Part shown: positions 12,547 to 25,473 of the stretch, piece by piece
Numbering within the stretch: position 1 is the stretch's first letter
Layout: every line of letters begins with the position of its first letter
Assembly (NCBI GenBank): GCA_023334545.1
Contig: JAADVB010000069.1
Location: forward strand, 10,599-74,598
Direction of reading: 5' to 3'
Length of the DNA stretch: 64,000 bases
Origin: Salisapilia sapeloensis CBS 127946
Lineage: Eukaryota; Protista; Oomycota
The notes under the pieces: generated by a model
The model's input: the letters and a program-made list of their open reading frames with translations, nothing else
Databases searched by the model: none
Told to the model about the DNA's origin: nothing
Made by a program: the position numbers and the translations under genes

Positions 12547-12603
12547 GATGCTCACTCGAGAAGGCGCTTAGCAAGGAGATCTAAAAGATCTGAGTCGAAG
12601 GCG

Positions 12604-12620
12604 GCAAATCGGAGAATGAA
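12604..12620 (-). promoter_or_regulatory. Oomycete-type INR+FPR core promoter (TTCATTCTCCGATTTGC)
   Basis: Matches TCAYTYBNNNWTTY and lies about 60 nt upstream of the H+-PPase ATG on the same strand. Confidence 0.7.
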
Positions 12621-12916
12621 GAGAGCGTGGGGCTCCAAGCGCACTTGAGAAGACGGAAGATATGTGGCAATGTAGGATGAAATCCATGCGCTTGTTTCGA
12701 TTTTGATCGACGAAAAGCTACGAAATTTAAAGCGCGCAGTTGACCTCAACGGACTTTACCTCGAGACGAGGGATCAGAGCGTGCGTCTGATAATCGCCGT
12801 CCCAGCTGTTGATCGCTTGACTCCGTTTTTCTATGTGTACGGTTCGATATCCTGAAAAGGCGTGCACGTACTTGATCGAATTGTGCTTGTCAACCAACCA
12901 GATCGAAGTTGACAAC

Positions 12917-13939
12917 ATGTCCGTCCGCCGTAATGTCCGCCTGCGTCGAGAGTACTTGTACCGCAAGTCGCTAGAAGGCAAGGAACGAGCGCAGTATGAG
13001 CGTAAAGTTCAGCTGAAAGATGCCATTCGAGGTAAAGTGCTTGGAACAGAAGCTTGGTATGTAGTGAGCTGACACGCAATAGAGGGCAAGCCGATTCCGA
13101 CGGAATTGCGAGGCCAAGAGCATCAGCTGAAGAACGAGATCGACTATGAAGATATGGCGCATGAGAAACCCACCTCCCATATCGATGACGAGTACAGGTC
13201 TGCTGGACTCGTAGATCCGAAAATCGCTGTCACAACATCGCGCGACCCGAGCTCCCGGCTGAAGCAATTCGCACAGGAGCTTCGTCTCATCTTTCCCAAC
13301 GCCATTCGTCTCAACCGAGGCGCACACACAGTCTCTGACGTACGTACCGTATCCTCCTACGGCATTTTAAGTATGTATCTGAGAATCTGAATATAGTTGG
13401 TGGAGAGTGCTCGGACACATGAGTTCACCGACCTCGTCATTGTCACCGAGACACGAGGCGAGCCAGGTACTTTTATATACTCATAACACACCAAGCAAGT
13501 GTCTAAGAAAAGTATAGATGGACTAGTCGTCTGCCATCTACCGTACGGCCCGACGGCCTACTTTAGTCTTCGCAACGCTGTATTGCGTCATGACATTGAA
13601 GACCGAGCGACCATCTCAGAGGCGTATCCGCACCTCATTTTTCACCAGTTCGAAACGCAGCTCGGAACTCGAGTGAGCAACATCCTCAAGCACCTCTTCC
13701 CAGTCCCGAAATCGGATTCGAAGCGTGTGATCACGTTCGCGAATGACAATGACTACATTTCGTTCCGTCATCACGTGTACAAGAAGAGTGGGAAGGAAGT
13801 GGATTTACAGGAGTGTGGGCCTCGCTTTGAACTGCAGCTATATCAGTTGAAACTCGGCACGTGCGACCAGAAGGAGGCCGAGAACGAATGGGTCCTGCGA
13901 CCGTACATGAACTCGTCCAAGAAGCGCCGTGTCCTCTAG
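12917..13939 (+). CDS. IMP4: U3 snoRNP protein IMP4 (Brix domain), 3 introns
   Basis: VRRNVRLRREYLYRKS start, DDEYRSAG..DPKIAVTTSRDPSSRLKQF, HLPYGPTAYF, NDNDYISFRHH, ECGPRFELQLY and EWVLRPYMNSSKK. Confidence 0.95.
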
Positions 13940-13969
13940 GCAATAGACTTTCCAAAGAACTTTTCTATT

Positions 13970-15385
13970 TCAATTGTAGTACAAGAGTTTTCCTGCCGGA
14001 CTGCAAGGTAAAAAGTCGACTACTTCTAGCTCTAGACCTTGCGATGTACCCACCACACGTTCGCATTGTCTCTTCAGTGCCTCTGTCATCTCTCCATCCT
14101 CTGTGACGACTTTCACACGGACGATCGAGTCCTCTCTCTGCGTCATCACTAAAGCATCTGTGATAGTATCAATCTCCTTTAACTCTTGCTCCAACGCGTT
14201 TGGATCGATTGTCACACTTGCGTTCAATGTAATTCGAGGTCGAATGCGCTGCTTTAGGCGTACCAACGTCCCGTTCGTACTCGATTCGACCACAACCAAG
14301 TCTGCAGTGGCATGCACGCCACCTTGATGCAGCTCCAACTCTTGGTTTCGAACGTACCCGAGGCTCTGCCAAGGTGTCTTGATCATCGCTTCTCCGTCTC
14401 TCATCTCATGGTACACGCCTGGCCATAGACTACCTACATACAGCTCACCCGGTTGGGACCTGCGATCAGCATCGAGCTCTTCTTCGATAGATCGGTCGCG
14501 GATTCCCCATGCAGCAATATTTCCAGTCTCGCTTGAGCCATAGTTCTGGAAGATGTGGATGCCATACTTGGACTGCGTGGACTGGAACAAGGCAGGACTC
14601 AGCTTACTGCCAGCACTGAACGGTATGTCAACGTGGAAAGGAACACTAGGATAAGTATTGGACTGTAGCTGTGTGTACGTCGCAGGTGTCGCGAATAGGA
14701 CCCGTTTAAAAGACGTTGACTCGGACAGTAACGAGTGCAGTTGGTCTGTCGAAGGGAAGACGAGTTCACTTTGAGCATCGTGCGGAGAGGTGAGTAGAGA
14801 AAATAGAGCATTGATGCTGTACGCGTGAGATATGGAGGTGCAGCAGACGAGTTGAGCGGGGGTAGATGGAAATAAAGACTTTTGTGTACTGTGACCTTGG
14901 CAGAGCATCGCGTCCCACGTATTCATGACTACTTTTGCTTGGGAAATACTGCCAGAGGTGAGCATTCCTAGTCCTCCATTACCCTTTAAAGCTGCATGAC
15001 CCGACCAGGATGACGATGGAGAAGCACCATCCTCCACATGTATGGATTGGGTAGACGAGTCTGGCGTGACAACCGTCGAGATACCTGTCTGCTGTTTGGC
15101 GTGTTCAAGCAAATGCAAACGAGATCGACTGAGCATAATACAAACACAGTCTAGTTGGTGTGCTGCTAAGATGCATGATACGCTAGTGGCATCATTGTCT
15201 ACGATAAGGATGAAACGACTATGTCTCTCAAGCTTCGCATCCGCCAGCAAGGATAGACCCATGGGAAGATATTTGGCTCGAAGACCACCTTGTAATACTT
15301 GCATAGGCTCTTGCTTCATTCCATTTGTTCTATCCGCTGAAAGTAGTGTAAGAGCACCATTCCGAACGCCTAGGCGAGGCGCCAT
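13970..15385 (-). CDS. Adenylate-forming (ANL/AMP-binding) enzyme, divergent, intronless; start codon uncertain (15385, 15319 or nearby)
   Basis: Core motifs: A3-like LTSGSISQAK, A4-like SHAYS, A5 QNYGSSET, A7-like ATADL and A10 LPCSPAGKLL with the catalytic Lys. Confidence 0.7.
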   Translation of the reverse strand: MAPRLGVRNGALTLLSADRTNGMKQEPMQVLQGGLRAKYLPMGLSLLADAKLERHSRFILIVDNDATSVSCILAAHQLDCVCIMLSRSRLHLLEHAKQQTGISTVVTPDSSTQSIHVEDGASPSSSWSGHAALKGNGGLGMLTSGSISQAKVVMNTWDAMLCQGHSTQKSLFPSTPAQLVCCTSISHAYSINALFSLLTSPHDAQSELVFPSTDQLHSLLSESTSFKRVLFATPATYTQLQSNTYPSVPFHVDIPFSAGSKLSPALFQSTQSKYGIHIFQNYGSSETGNIAAWGIRDRSIEEELDADRRSQPGELYVGSLWPGVYHEMRDGEAMIKTPWQSLGYVRNQELELHQGGVHATADLVVVESSTNGTLVRLKQRIRPRITLNASVTIDPNALEQELKEIDTITDALVMTQREDSIVRVKVVTEDGEMTEALKRQCERVVGTSQGLELEVVDFLPCSPAGKLLYYN

Positions 15386-15518
15386 CCTGCATGCACTACG
15401 TCCGAGTATCGTGTCTGCCAATTTGTGGCCACATTGGACGTGATGACGCGCTCTTGGTAAATTATCCGGATGATGACTAAAACCTTGGTTTTAGTTAAAT
15501 GCGCACTTGGACACTAAA

Positions 15519-18024
15519 ATGACAACGAAGAGCTCGATGACGTCTTCCGGTCGCTTTTGCTTCGATGAGGCTGCATTTGCGGCAGATGAGTTCGATATAA
15601 ATGCATTTCTGGAAGACATGCGTACAGACCATCCAATGGAAACGATTCATCACGACCTGCAGCAATTTCAAACGTCGCTGGAGAACCAGGTAACAAGACA
15701 AGAAGATCGATAGAGATACAAAGACGTTTATTGTTATTGTAGCTCGTAGCGATCATCAATCGAGACTATGCAGAGTTTCTCCAGCTATCATCCAAGCTGC
15801 GAGGTGTGGATGAAGCGGTCTCAAATGTCCGTTCTCCCATCTTAGCCATCCTCGAGCGTGTCGAACAAGTCCAATCGGCCATGGTTTATATCTACGAATA
15901 ACATGCTATTTAATACATTCGAGTGACTCGAAGCTGTAGACCAAATTGCGTTCGAGAATTCAAGAAAAGGAAACATCCTTTGTCGATCTGGACAAGCAGG
16001 AGAGTGACCTAAACTTTCGTCTGCAGTATGTCTTTCCACCATGCAATATCTACCGAGTGATGCCTAATTGAATGCAAAATAGCATTTCAGATACAATCTT
16101 TAAGCTTGAAAATCTACTTGAGCTGAACTCGGATGTTGACGATGACATTCAAAACGACGATGGTACTGGAAGCGAACAGGATGAAGCGTTTGACAATTTT
16201 GACCAGATCAAGAAGCAGCTACGAGAGACGAGTGCAGAAGAAAATTGCGCTGCTTTAGAACATGCTGCTCGTGGTATCGTCCATCTAGAGCATGAATTAA
16301 GTACCTCTCCCCAGCACCTGCACCTTCAAGTACGTCTATTGCTTTTATCATTCTAGTAGCATCACTCATGTGCTTGTAGCGTGAAGAAAAGCAGCTACAG
16401 TTCTTGGAAGATGCACTGCTAAGTCGCTTAGAAGCGGAATTGTCCACCGAAATTGTTCCGGACTCGTTCTATCGTCGTGAGCATCAGCTAAACGCAAAAG
16501 CAATTAGCTCTCTCTTGCATGCCTATGTACTACTCGACCAGTCGAAACTTCCGGAAGAAATGATTGCTCGACTGATCGTCATCCCATTTGCCGAAACAAG
16601 TCTCACTCGAAGTAAATTGGACGACAAGGTCCGAAACTCTTGCCAGGGGCTACCTCAAGTATACGCTTCTATCCTAGACTTTATCTCTTCCAAATTTGGA
16701 CAAATGCTACAGGATCCTATCACTCAAGGTTTCTCCAAGAAAGAGAGTGTAGATTTGCTTGGTAACTGTATCTGGGGCACTTTGTCCACGTATCTGAGCG
16801 ATAAATTCGGCTCGAGTCTCTTTCGAACGGCAGATCCAGACCAGTTTCATCGCACGTACAAGACGTCTTGTGTTTTTCTAGACGATATGACAGATAGATT
16901 CTGTGCTGACACAAGTATGAAGGAACGATTTAAAGCACATGAAAGTGTGACCTTGTTCTTGGAAAAGTGGAACATGGACGTGTACTTTCAACTGCGTTTC
17001 ACCCAGATCTCGACTGTCCTAGAGACGTCGTATGAAGGAACAGCACAGCTAGAGGAAAATGACACGTCGTATCACTTCCAAAGCTCCAATGCTTTAATCC
17101 AAGCTATGAGAAGCTGCTATGACGAAACGATTTTTCTACTCCCAGTACTACCAAAGCTTGTCAAGTTAAACGTTCAGCTTTTCGAAAGTTTTGTGCTAGT
17201 GTGGAAAGAAGAGGTGGCAAAAGGACGAGAGAGCAAGTGGTTAGAGAAGGAGGAGGATGTAATGAAAGCTGGGAGCGACTTTAGTCAGCTGAAACAAGAG
17301 GTGGAAGAGGTTATTGTGCCGATCGTACAGCAGCATGTGAAGGAGTTCACGGATGATGCAGAGACGTTCGTGATACAGCTTTTCCAAGCGTCAATTAGTG
17401 CTTTAAAGGAGATGGAGACGAGATGCTGGGAAGTGGCAGTCACTAGTATCACGGAAGAATGTAAGAAGGTGGTGCCAGCCTTGCGTACGGTCAAGGGACA
17501 GTATCAGATGACGAAGAAACCTCCGCCGACAACTGCATCCACCTATGTCGTGAACATTGTCAGGTACATCAAAGCAACACTGCTGCACTATTAACAGCTA
17601 ATGGTATGGAAATGATAGACCTATGGAGCGATTTTTAAACGATTGGGGACAGCACTTTAGTGACGACCAGCACCATCACTTCTTATCTTCAGTCTGTGAA
17701 AGTATCTGCGAAGCCTTTGGATCTGTCTCGAAAGACCTATTGAAAGCAGCAGTGGAACTGGAAGAGTCGCTAAAGTCACGCAAAAGACATTCAGGTAAAA
17801 CGTTCTCGTCGGAAGCGGCATCGAGTGACATGTCCGACGCAACAAAGATGAAGCTACAGCTCCAACTGGATTTCCAGGACCTCCATCGGTACTCTACTTC
17901 ATCAAGTCTTGATATGAATAGTAGATGTCTCATCTCGACTTGTAGACGCATTCAAGAGCTTGGATTTAACCTGGAAGAGTGCTCGTCCTACGCCATGACG
18001 GCCAGCGTACTTGAAGATGAGTAG
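15519..18024 (+). CDS. COG2: Conserved oligomeric Golgi complex subunit 2 (multi-exon)
   Basis: N-terminal FDINAFLEDMR...HHDLQQFQTSLENQ-LVAIINRDYAEFLQLSSKLRGVD; C-terminal KWNMDVYFQLRF, ALRTVKGQYQMTKKPPPT and MSDATKMKLQLQLD. Confidence 0.88.
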
Positions 18025-18081
18025 AATCTGATAATGAATGGCACATGAGTGGTACAATGACACAATCGTTGACAATTTGAT

Positions 18082-19557
18082 ATGAAAGGGGCGGACGGTC
18101 CTTATTGGTTCTGGACGTTGTCTGTAGCGGCAGCTACATTGTCTCTATGGAAGCTGCTACAGCTCGCTGGTGCCCATCTCTGTAATAGAAAGTCACTACA
18201 GGTTCGAGATGGCTCTGGTTTTGCTGGACTCGTTGGAGCTACGCCATTGATAGAGCTCAAGACCCTGTCGAAAGCTACTGGCTGCACTATTCTCGTACGG
18301 ACTGAAGACATTACAAGTGTCATGCTTGATATTGACTATTTTTGTTATCATAGGCAAAAGCAGAGTTTATGAATCCAGGTGGAAGTTCGAAAGACCGAGT
18401 GGCGAAAGGGATAGTTGAAGAGGCTGAGCGGCAAGGACTGTTACGTGCTGGTGGAACTATCATCGAAGGCACATCTGGGAGTACTGGGATTAGTCTCTCA
18501 CTCATGGCGAGATCTCGAGGGTATAAGTGTATCATCGTCATGCCGGATGATCAAGCACGTGAAAAGTCCGAATTACTGGAACAGTTTGGCGCCAACGTAA
18601 AGCTAGTCAAGCCAGCTTCGATCGTCAACGCTGGCCACTACGTCAATGAAGCCAAACGTCTAGCTCAAAAAGCTGATGGTTCGTCTTTTGGATGTTATAT
18701 GCTGGTTGACACGAGTACTGATGCTTCTTGCAGGAGGCTTTTACGCCAACCAGTTCGAGAACCTTGCTAATTTGAAAGTCCATTACAATACGACTGGTCC
18801 TGAAATATGGGCGCAGACAGACGGACATTTAGATGCTTTCGTCATGTCTGCAGGTATATATCTAAAGATAAATCTACATATATTGCATATATTGACCTCA
18901 TTGTGCGTCCGTCGTAGGCACTGGAGGCACCATTGCTGGCGTATCAAAATATTTGAAAGAGATGTGTGAATCCGTCAAAGTTGTACTAGCAGATCCACCA
19001 GGATCTAGTCTCTACAATAAGGTTCGTCTATGCATCAATTCTCATGGCTCTTTACATATTTGACAATCTCCATATTTACTTCTTTGCATAGGTTCGAAGC
19101 AACGTTTGCTACGCTCCTCAACAGTCTGAGAAGCGGATTAAAAAGCATCGGTACGTACTGCAAAATAAAACAAGGGGACATTTTTGACAGGGTTGTGGAT
19201 AGGTACGACACAATCGCTGAAGGCATCGGTATCGATCGCCTCACAGCCAACTTCATGGAAGCCAAGGTCGATGATGCGTACCGCGTGATGGACCAGGAGG
19301 CTGTAGATATGTCTCGGTACTTGCTGTCGCAAGAAGGCCTGTTCCTTGGTAGCTCTAGCGCAGTTAACTGCGTTGCTGCCATACGAACTGCGAGGCAGAT
19401 GGGTCCAGGTCATACGATCGTTACCGTGCTTTGTGACTCTGGCCAGCGACACTTAACCAAGTTTTGGAACAATGCATACTTGAAAGAGCAATGGGGGCTA
19501 GAGGCCACGGACGTCACTAGTCTCGACTTCCTTAACCACAGTGACGGTCAGCCTTGA
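18082..19557 (+). CDS. PLP-dependent cysteine synthase family protein with N-terminal membrane anchor (multi-exon)
   Basis: GLVGATPLIEL, MNPGGSSKDR, IEGTSGSTGISL, NQFENLAN, HYNTTGPEIW, EGIGIDRLT and EGLFLGSSSAVN. Confidence 0.88.
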
Positions 19558-19622
19558 GAATACAAACGAGAACATGCTGGCTATTCGGTACGACTGTCTT
19601 TTTTTCTCTTGTCACTGGATAT

Positions 19623-21770
<2,148 letters not shown>

Positions 21771-21808
21771 TTATATTTATCCAACCAAAGTAGCTCTAAA
21801 TCTGACTA

Positions 21809-24763
21809 TTACTTCAACATAGGTGAACCAGACGCCGAGGTCACGTTCGCGACGGAGTTGTTAAAAACAGCTCCAGGCGCAACGGTGTCCATACCGTATT
21901 TGTCGAAAATAGCCCTTTGGATGCGGGGATCTTCATTAGGGTCAGTCATTGCGCTTTCAAGCAGGTTCGTGTAGAAGTCCTGCAAAACACGATCTTGAAG
22001 GGTATCGCCCATAAACACCGCTTCCTCCACTTCACTCAGCAACTCGCTTGGAGTTATCGGACTCAGACTGCCTAGTCTTACAACTCGTTCCAATCCGGGG
22101 CTGAGAGCAGATAGAATTGCTTGTTCCCGAATATTCAGTATCAGTTTGTCAATGTCTACGTTCTCTCGGCCCAGGCATTCATACATCATGTTTGGTTCGT
22201 CACAATCCCACACAGGATCAAAGCTCATGATTTGCAAGTACGACGCGTACGTTTCAGGGTCTGGAAAGATGCCCTCGTCAGCTCGTATCACACGCTTAAT
22301 TACTTTTAGAGCACGTAGTTGGTCTTCTTTCGATACCAACTCCGCTTCGTATCTATCATCACCTTGCTTTTTATGTGCGTGAGTATTGTAGACACCTCCA
22401 AACATCGGTTCCACGTTATCAAGTGCTCCTCTAACCAGTTTTAATATTCCTCGCTCGCGTCGCCAAAGTTGAGTCCATGATGCGTCCACAGCTAAAGTTT
22501 TCATTGCATTTGCTCTCCATATCGGCGCAAAGTTGAGACGATCGTCAGCAAAGTTTACGGTATCATTAGACAAATCGAATTCTTGAGCGAGCGGATTTGT
22601 TTGCAGCACAACATCTTCGTCTGTTAAGAAGAGAGGCGCCGTTGAAGCGATTCTTGTTAGTTCTGGGTGCTTGTAACCTGGATTCTCATCTTCAATACGC
22701 GAGTATCCGTATGCAATTGCAGCTTTGTCGTAAGCACCAACTTTTGTCATGTAAAAGATGTGCTCGTTACTGAGGATCTGTTCCGCAGTCAAATCTGAGA
22801 AGATGTTTACTGGGATGTAGTCCATCACAGTGGAAGATAGCCCATGGTCTTGTAGATACTCCGTGTTGCCCAGTTGTTCTCGAGAAATTCCACTCGAGCC
22901 ACCAAAGTTATGCCGAAGGCCCAGCGTATGTCCGACTTCATGCATGACGATATGCATAAAATACCGAGCAACGACCCAGTCTGGAAGAATAGTACTGTTC
23001 TTATCACCTTCCTGCATCATTGCACGTTCCCACTCCATACCCAACAGAAGTCGGTCTTCTTGCGACTGCTTAGCAGATCCGAGACCACACTTCCTATGCT
23101 TTCCATGTGGATCAATTTGCAAATGAGCACCTTGTGCATCAAACTTTGTTTGCTTATTTTGTGCTTCTTTCCATGTCCTTTTCGTTAATGGCGAATCTTG
23201 CAGGTCTGCGACCGAATCAACGACTGGAGACCTCAAAGCAAAATCACTGACGACGTCATTGAAAAACCCATACTCAAATCGGATCATGCTATGCAGAATC
23301 TCACCACTTCTTGGGTCAGAGACGGAAGTACCAATAGCATAAACTGTGTCCGACAACATGACTGAGATGGAATTGTATCGGATGTCACCAAGCTTATAGT
23401 CCGTTGGCCAGTCATCATCTCCGGGTAAGATGGCTTTGACAGCATTATCTAAGCCAATCTCTTTGAAGGCCACATTCCAAGCTTCCACACCGTCTGCAAA
23501 ACTCCTTCTCCATCGCTCTGGAACAGACGGGTCGATATAGTAGCGAATTGGTTCAGTAACCTCACCGGACTGTTCATCGACACCAATGCGAGCACGCTGA
23601 ATATAAGTCATCTTCTTGTCCATCGTGCTCAATGCATTTTCTCCAACAGTTCGATTCTTGTCATGTGGGTAGGCAGCGTACCGGGCATAACGTGTCGAAA
23701 AGTATCCAATACGATCATCGGCAATACGCTGAGGCATGACTTCTTCGGGCAGTAAAGCAATGCCATATGCAACGATGGCAGAACCAGTTTCGAGCTCATA
23801 TGCTAATTCCAAGTATGTGTTCCTGTTGTAGTACGCGCTGTTTTGCTCATCTACGGTGTAGGAAGAGCTAAAGAGTAGCGTGGACACCATGAATCCATTG
23901 GAAAGTAGTGGCTGCGCGTCGATGTAGTATGAGTTCTCGTCTTCCTGTAGTACGCTCAAGTAAAGCGAACGACCGGGCCACATGTTGTTATCAAAAGCTT
24001 CCTTTAAGTCATCGTCTTCCGAGTCGAGTCTGGATGTATAGATGTCACGTACGAGCGCCATGGTATAGCCATTATCAATCAGCTCGAAGTGAAAGGCGTA
24101 TTCGTACGTTTCGAGCAGGTCAGCTCCAGCTTCCAATCCAGCTTGAGGAGGCGCAGAATGCTTTACTATGGTTGGAGCTACGATGAAAGCACTTTGGTAC
24201 AAAGATTTGTTCAGGACAAAAGATTCGACGCCAAGATCCCAGCTATATGTGATGAATGGAAGTGGAGCTTTGGAAAGTGAGACGGTGTCGATAACCTCCG
24301 TATCGTAGTTAGAAATGTCATCAGAGTTTGTGTCGCTTGCTGTGTTGTAGCCGTTTTCACTGCTGTTGTTTGACTCGTTTTGCGGCGACATGTAATGCGA
24401 AACGAGTCCTACTGCTGCGAAAATGCCAGTAAGCATGGTAAACGTAGTGATCAGAAACAATGCTCGCTTTGGTGGAGCTCGAAATTGGCGAAAAGAGGAG
24501 CCCAAGTCCGAGCGAGAGTCATCATCGTCTCGGTCGCGTACTACTGACGGATGTAAAAACGGTATTGCTGGGACAACATGCGCATTTTTCATCGTTGGAA
24601 GCATTACTGGGGTAGCATTAACCGCATTATACTCCTCAGGCCCATTATCTTTACTCTCCTCCTCTTCTTGCGGATCGACATATTCCAGATCAATGCGATA
24701 ATTGTCGTCTTGGTCATCCGCATCCTCGGATTCCATGCGATGATGTCTCATCGGCGACATCAT
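21809..24763 (-). CDS. Type II membrane zinc metalloprotease of the DUF5117/EcxA (Met-zincin) family, 984 aa, intronless
   Basis: HEVGHTLGLRH (HExxHxxGxxH), Met-turn STVMDY, RIADDRIGYFS, PIRYYIDPSVPERWR...GVEAWNVAF and DPRSGEIL; one TM helix near aa 101-125. Confidence 0.85.
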   Translation of the reverse strand: MMSPMRHHRMESEDADDQDDNYRIDLEYVDPQEEEESKDNGPEEYNAVNATPVMLPTMKNAHVVPAIPFLHPSVVRDRDDDDSRSDLGSSFRQFRAPPKRALFLITTFTMLTGIFAAVGLVSHYMSPQNESNNSSENGYNTASDTNSDDISNYDTEVIDTVSLSKAPLPFITYSWDLGVESFVLNKSLYQSAFIVAPTIVKHSAPPQAGLEAGADLLETYEYAFHFELIDNGYTMALVRDIYTSRLDSEDDDLKEAFDNNMWPGRSLYLSVLQEDENSYYIDAQPLLSNGFMVSTLLFSSSYTVDEQNSAYYNRNTYLELAYELETGSAIVAYGIALLPEEVMPQRIADDRIGYFSTRYARYAAYPHDKNRTVGENALSTMDKKMTYIQRARIGVDEQSGEVTEPIRYYIDPSVPERWRRSFADGVEAWNVAFKEIGLDNAVKAILPGDDDWPTDYKLGDIRYNSISVMLSDTVYAIGTSVSDPRSGEILHSMIRFEYGFFNDVVSDFALRSPVVDSVADLQDSPLTKRTWKEAQNKQTKFDAQGAHLQIDPHGKHRKCGLGSAKQSQEDRLLLGMEWERAMMQEGDKNSTILPDWVVARYFMHIVMHEVGHTLGLRHNFGGSSGISREQLGNTEYLQDHGLSSTVMDYIPVNIFSDLTAEQILSNEHIFYMTKVGAYDKAAIAYGYSRIEDENPGYKHPELTRIASTAPLFLTDEDVVLQTNPLAQEFDLSNDTVNFADDRLNFAPIWRANAMKTLAVDASWTQLWRRERGILKLVRGALDNVEPMFGGVYNTHAHKKQGDDRYEAELVSKEDQLRALKVIKRVIRADEGIFPDPETYASYLQIMSFDPVWDCDEPNMMYECLGRENVDIDKLILNIREQAILSALSPGLERVVRLGSLSPITPSELLSEVEEAVFMGDTLQDRVLQDFYTNLLESAMTDPNEDPRIQRAIFDKYGMDTVAPGAVFNNSVANVTSASGSPMLK

Positions 24764-25151
24764 GACTACAAAGACTATTGGCGTGCTTTGTCCTCAATCG
24801 AAGTAGCTTATACTAAAGCGATTGGAGATGGGATGGTCAAGCTGCGAATTGCTGAATGGTTGAGGAGTTATCAATGCAAACAAGAACAGCTACTATGAGA
24901 TGCTGCATTGGTCGAATGAAGATGACAGAATACGAAACGGACAGTAAATGCCATTCTTACTTGAACTCTCTATCTCTTAACTGCGATTGTGCTTTTGAGC
25001 ATGGATTAGCTTCCAAGTTGAAACGATCGTATCGAATTTCTATCACGTCATAATTTGAATGTACCTGAAATTATGTGCTCAATCCACATCTACACATGGC
25101 ATTCGGATAAATTGTACAAACCAAAGAACACAAACACAATAAGCATCAAGG

Positions 25152-25373
25152 ATGATTGAGGTAGTACTCAACGATCGTTTGGGCAAGAAGATTCGCGTCA
25201 AATGCAACGAAGATGACACTGTCGGGGATCTAAAGAAGCTCGTCGCCGCGCAAGTCGGTACAAGACCGGAGAAGATCCGTATCCAGAAATGGTACACCAT
25301 CTACAAGGACCACATTACGCTGGAAGACTACGAAATCCACGACGGTATGGGACTAGAGCTTTACTACACTTAA
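25152..25373 (+). CDS. UBL5: Ubiquitin-like protein 5 (Hub1)
   Basis: 73-aa [18 protein letters not shown]...[15 protein letters not shown] with the C-terminal di-tyrosine. Confidence 0.97.
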   Translation: MIEVVLNDRLGKKIRVKCNEDDTVGDLKKLVAAQVGTRPEKIRIQKWYTIYKDHITLEDYEIHDGMGLELYYT

Positions 25374-25473
25374 GCAATGATCATGAACCAATTTTCATGA
25401 CGATGTGTACTGTTGAGAACGTTGTAATGTTTTATTGTTATTTTATTCACACCAAGCCATCGTCACCATCGTA

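Noticed and set aside
10271-12648. Long plus-strand ORFs opposite the H+-PPase
   Set aside because: Antisense shadows caused by strong C/G third-position bias; no recognisable motifs.
12841-12852. GGTTCGATATCC resembling a tRNA T-loop
   Set aside because: It has an extra base, and no acceptor stem, D-arm or anticodon arm can be built.
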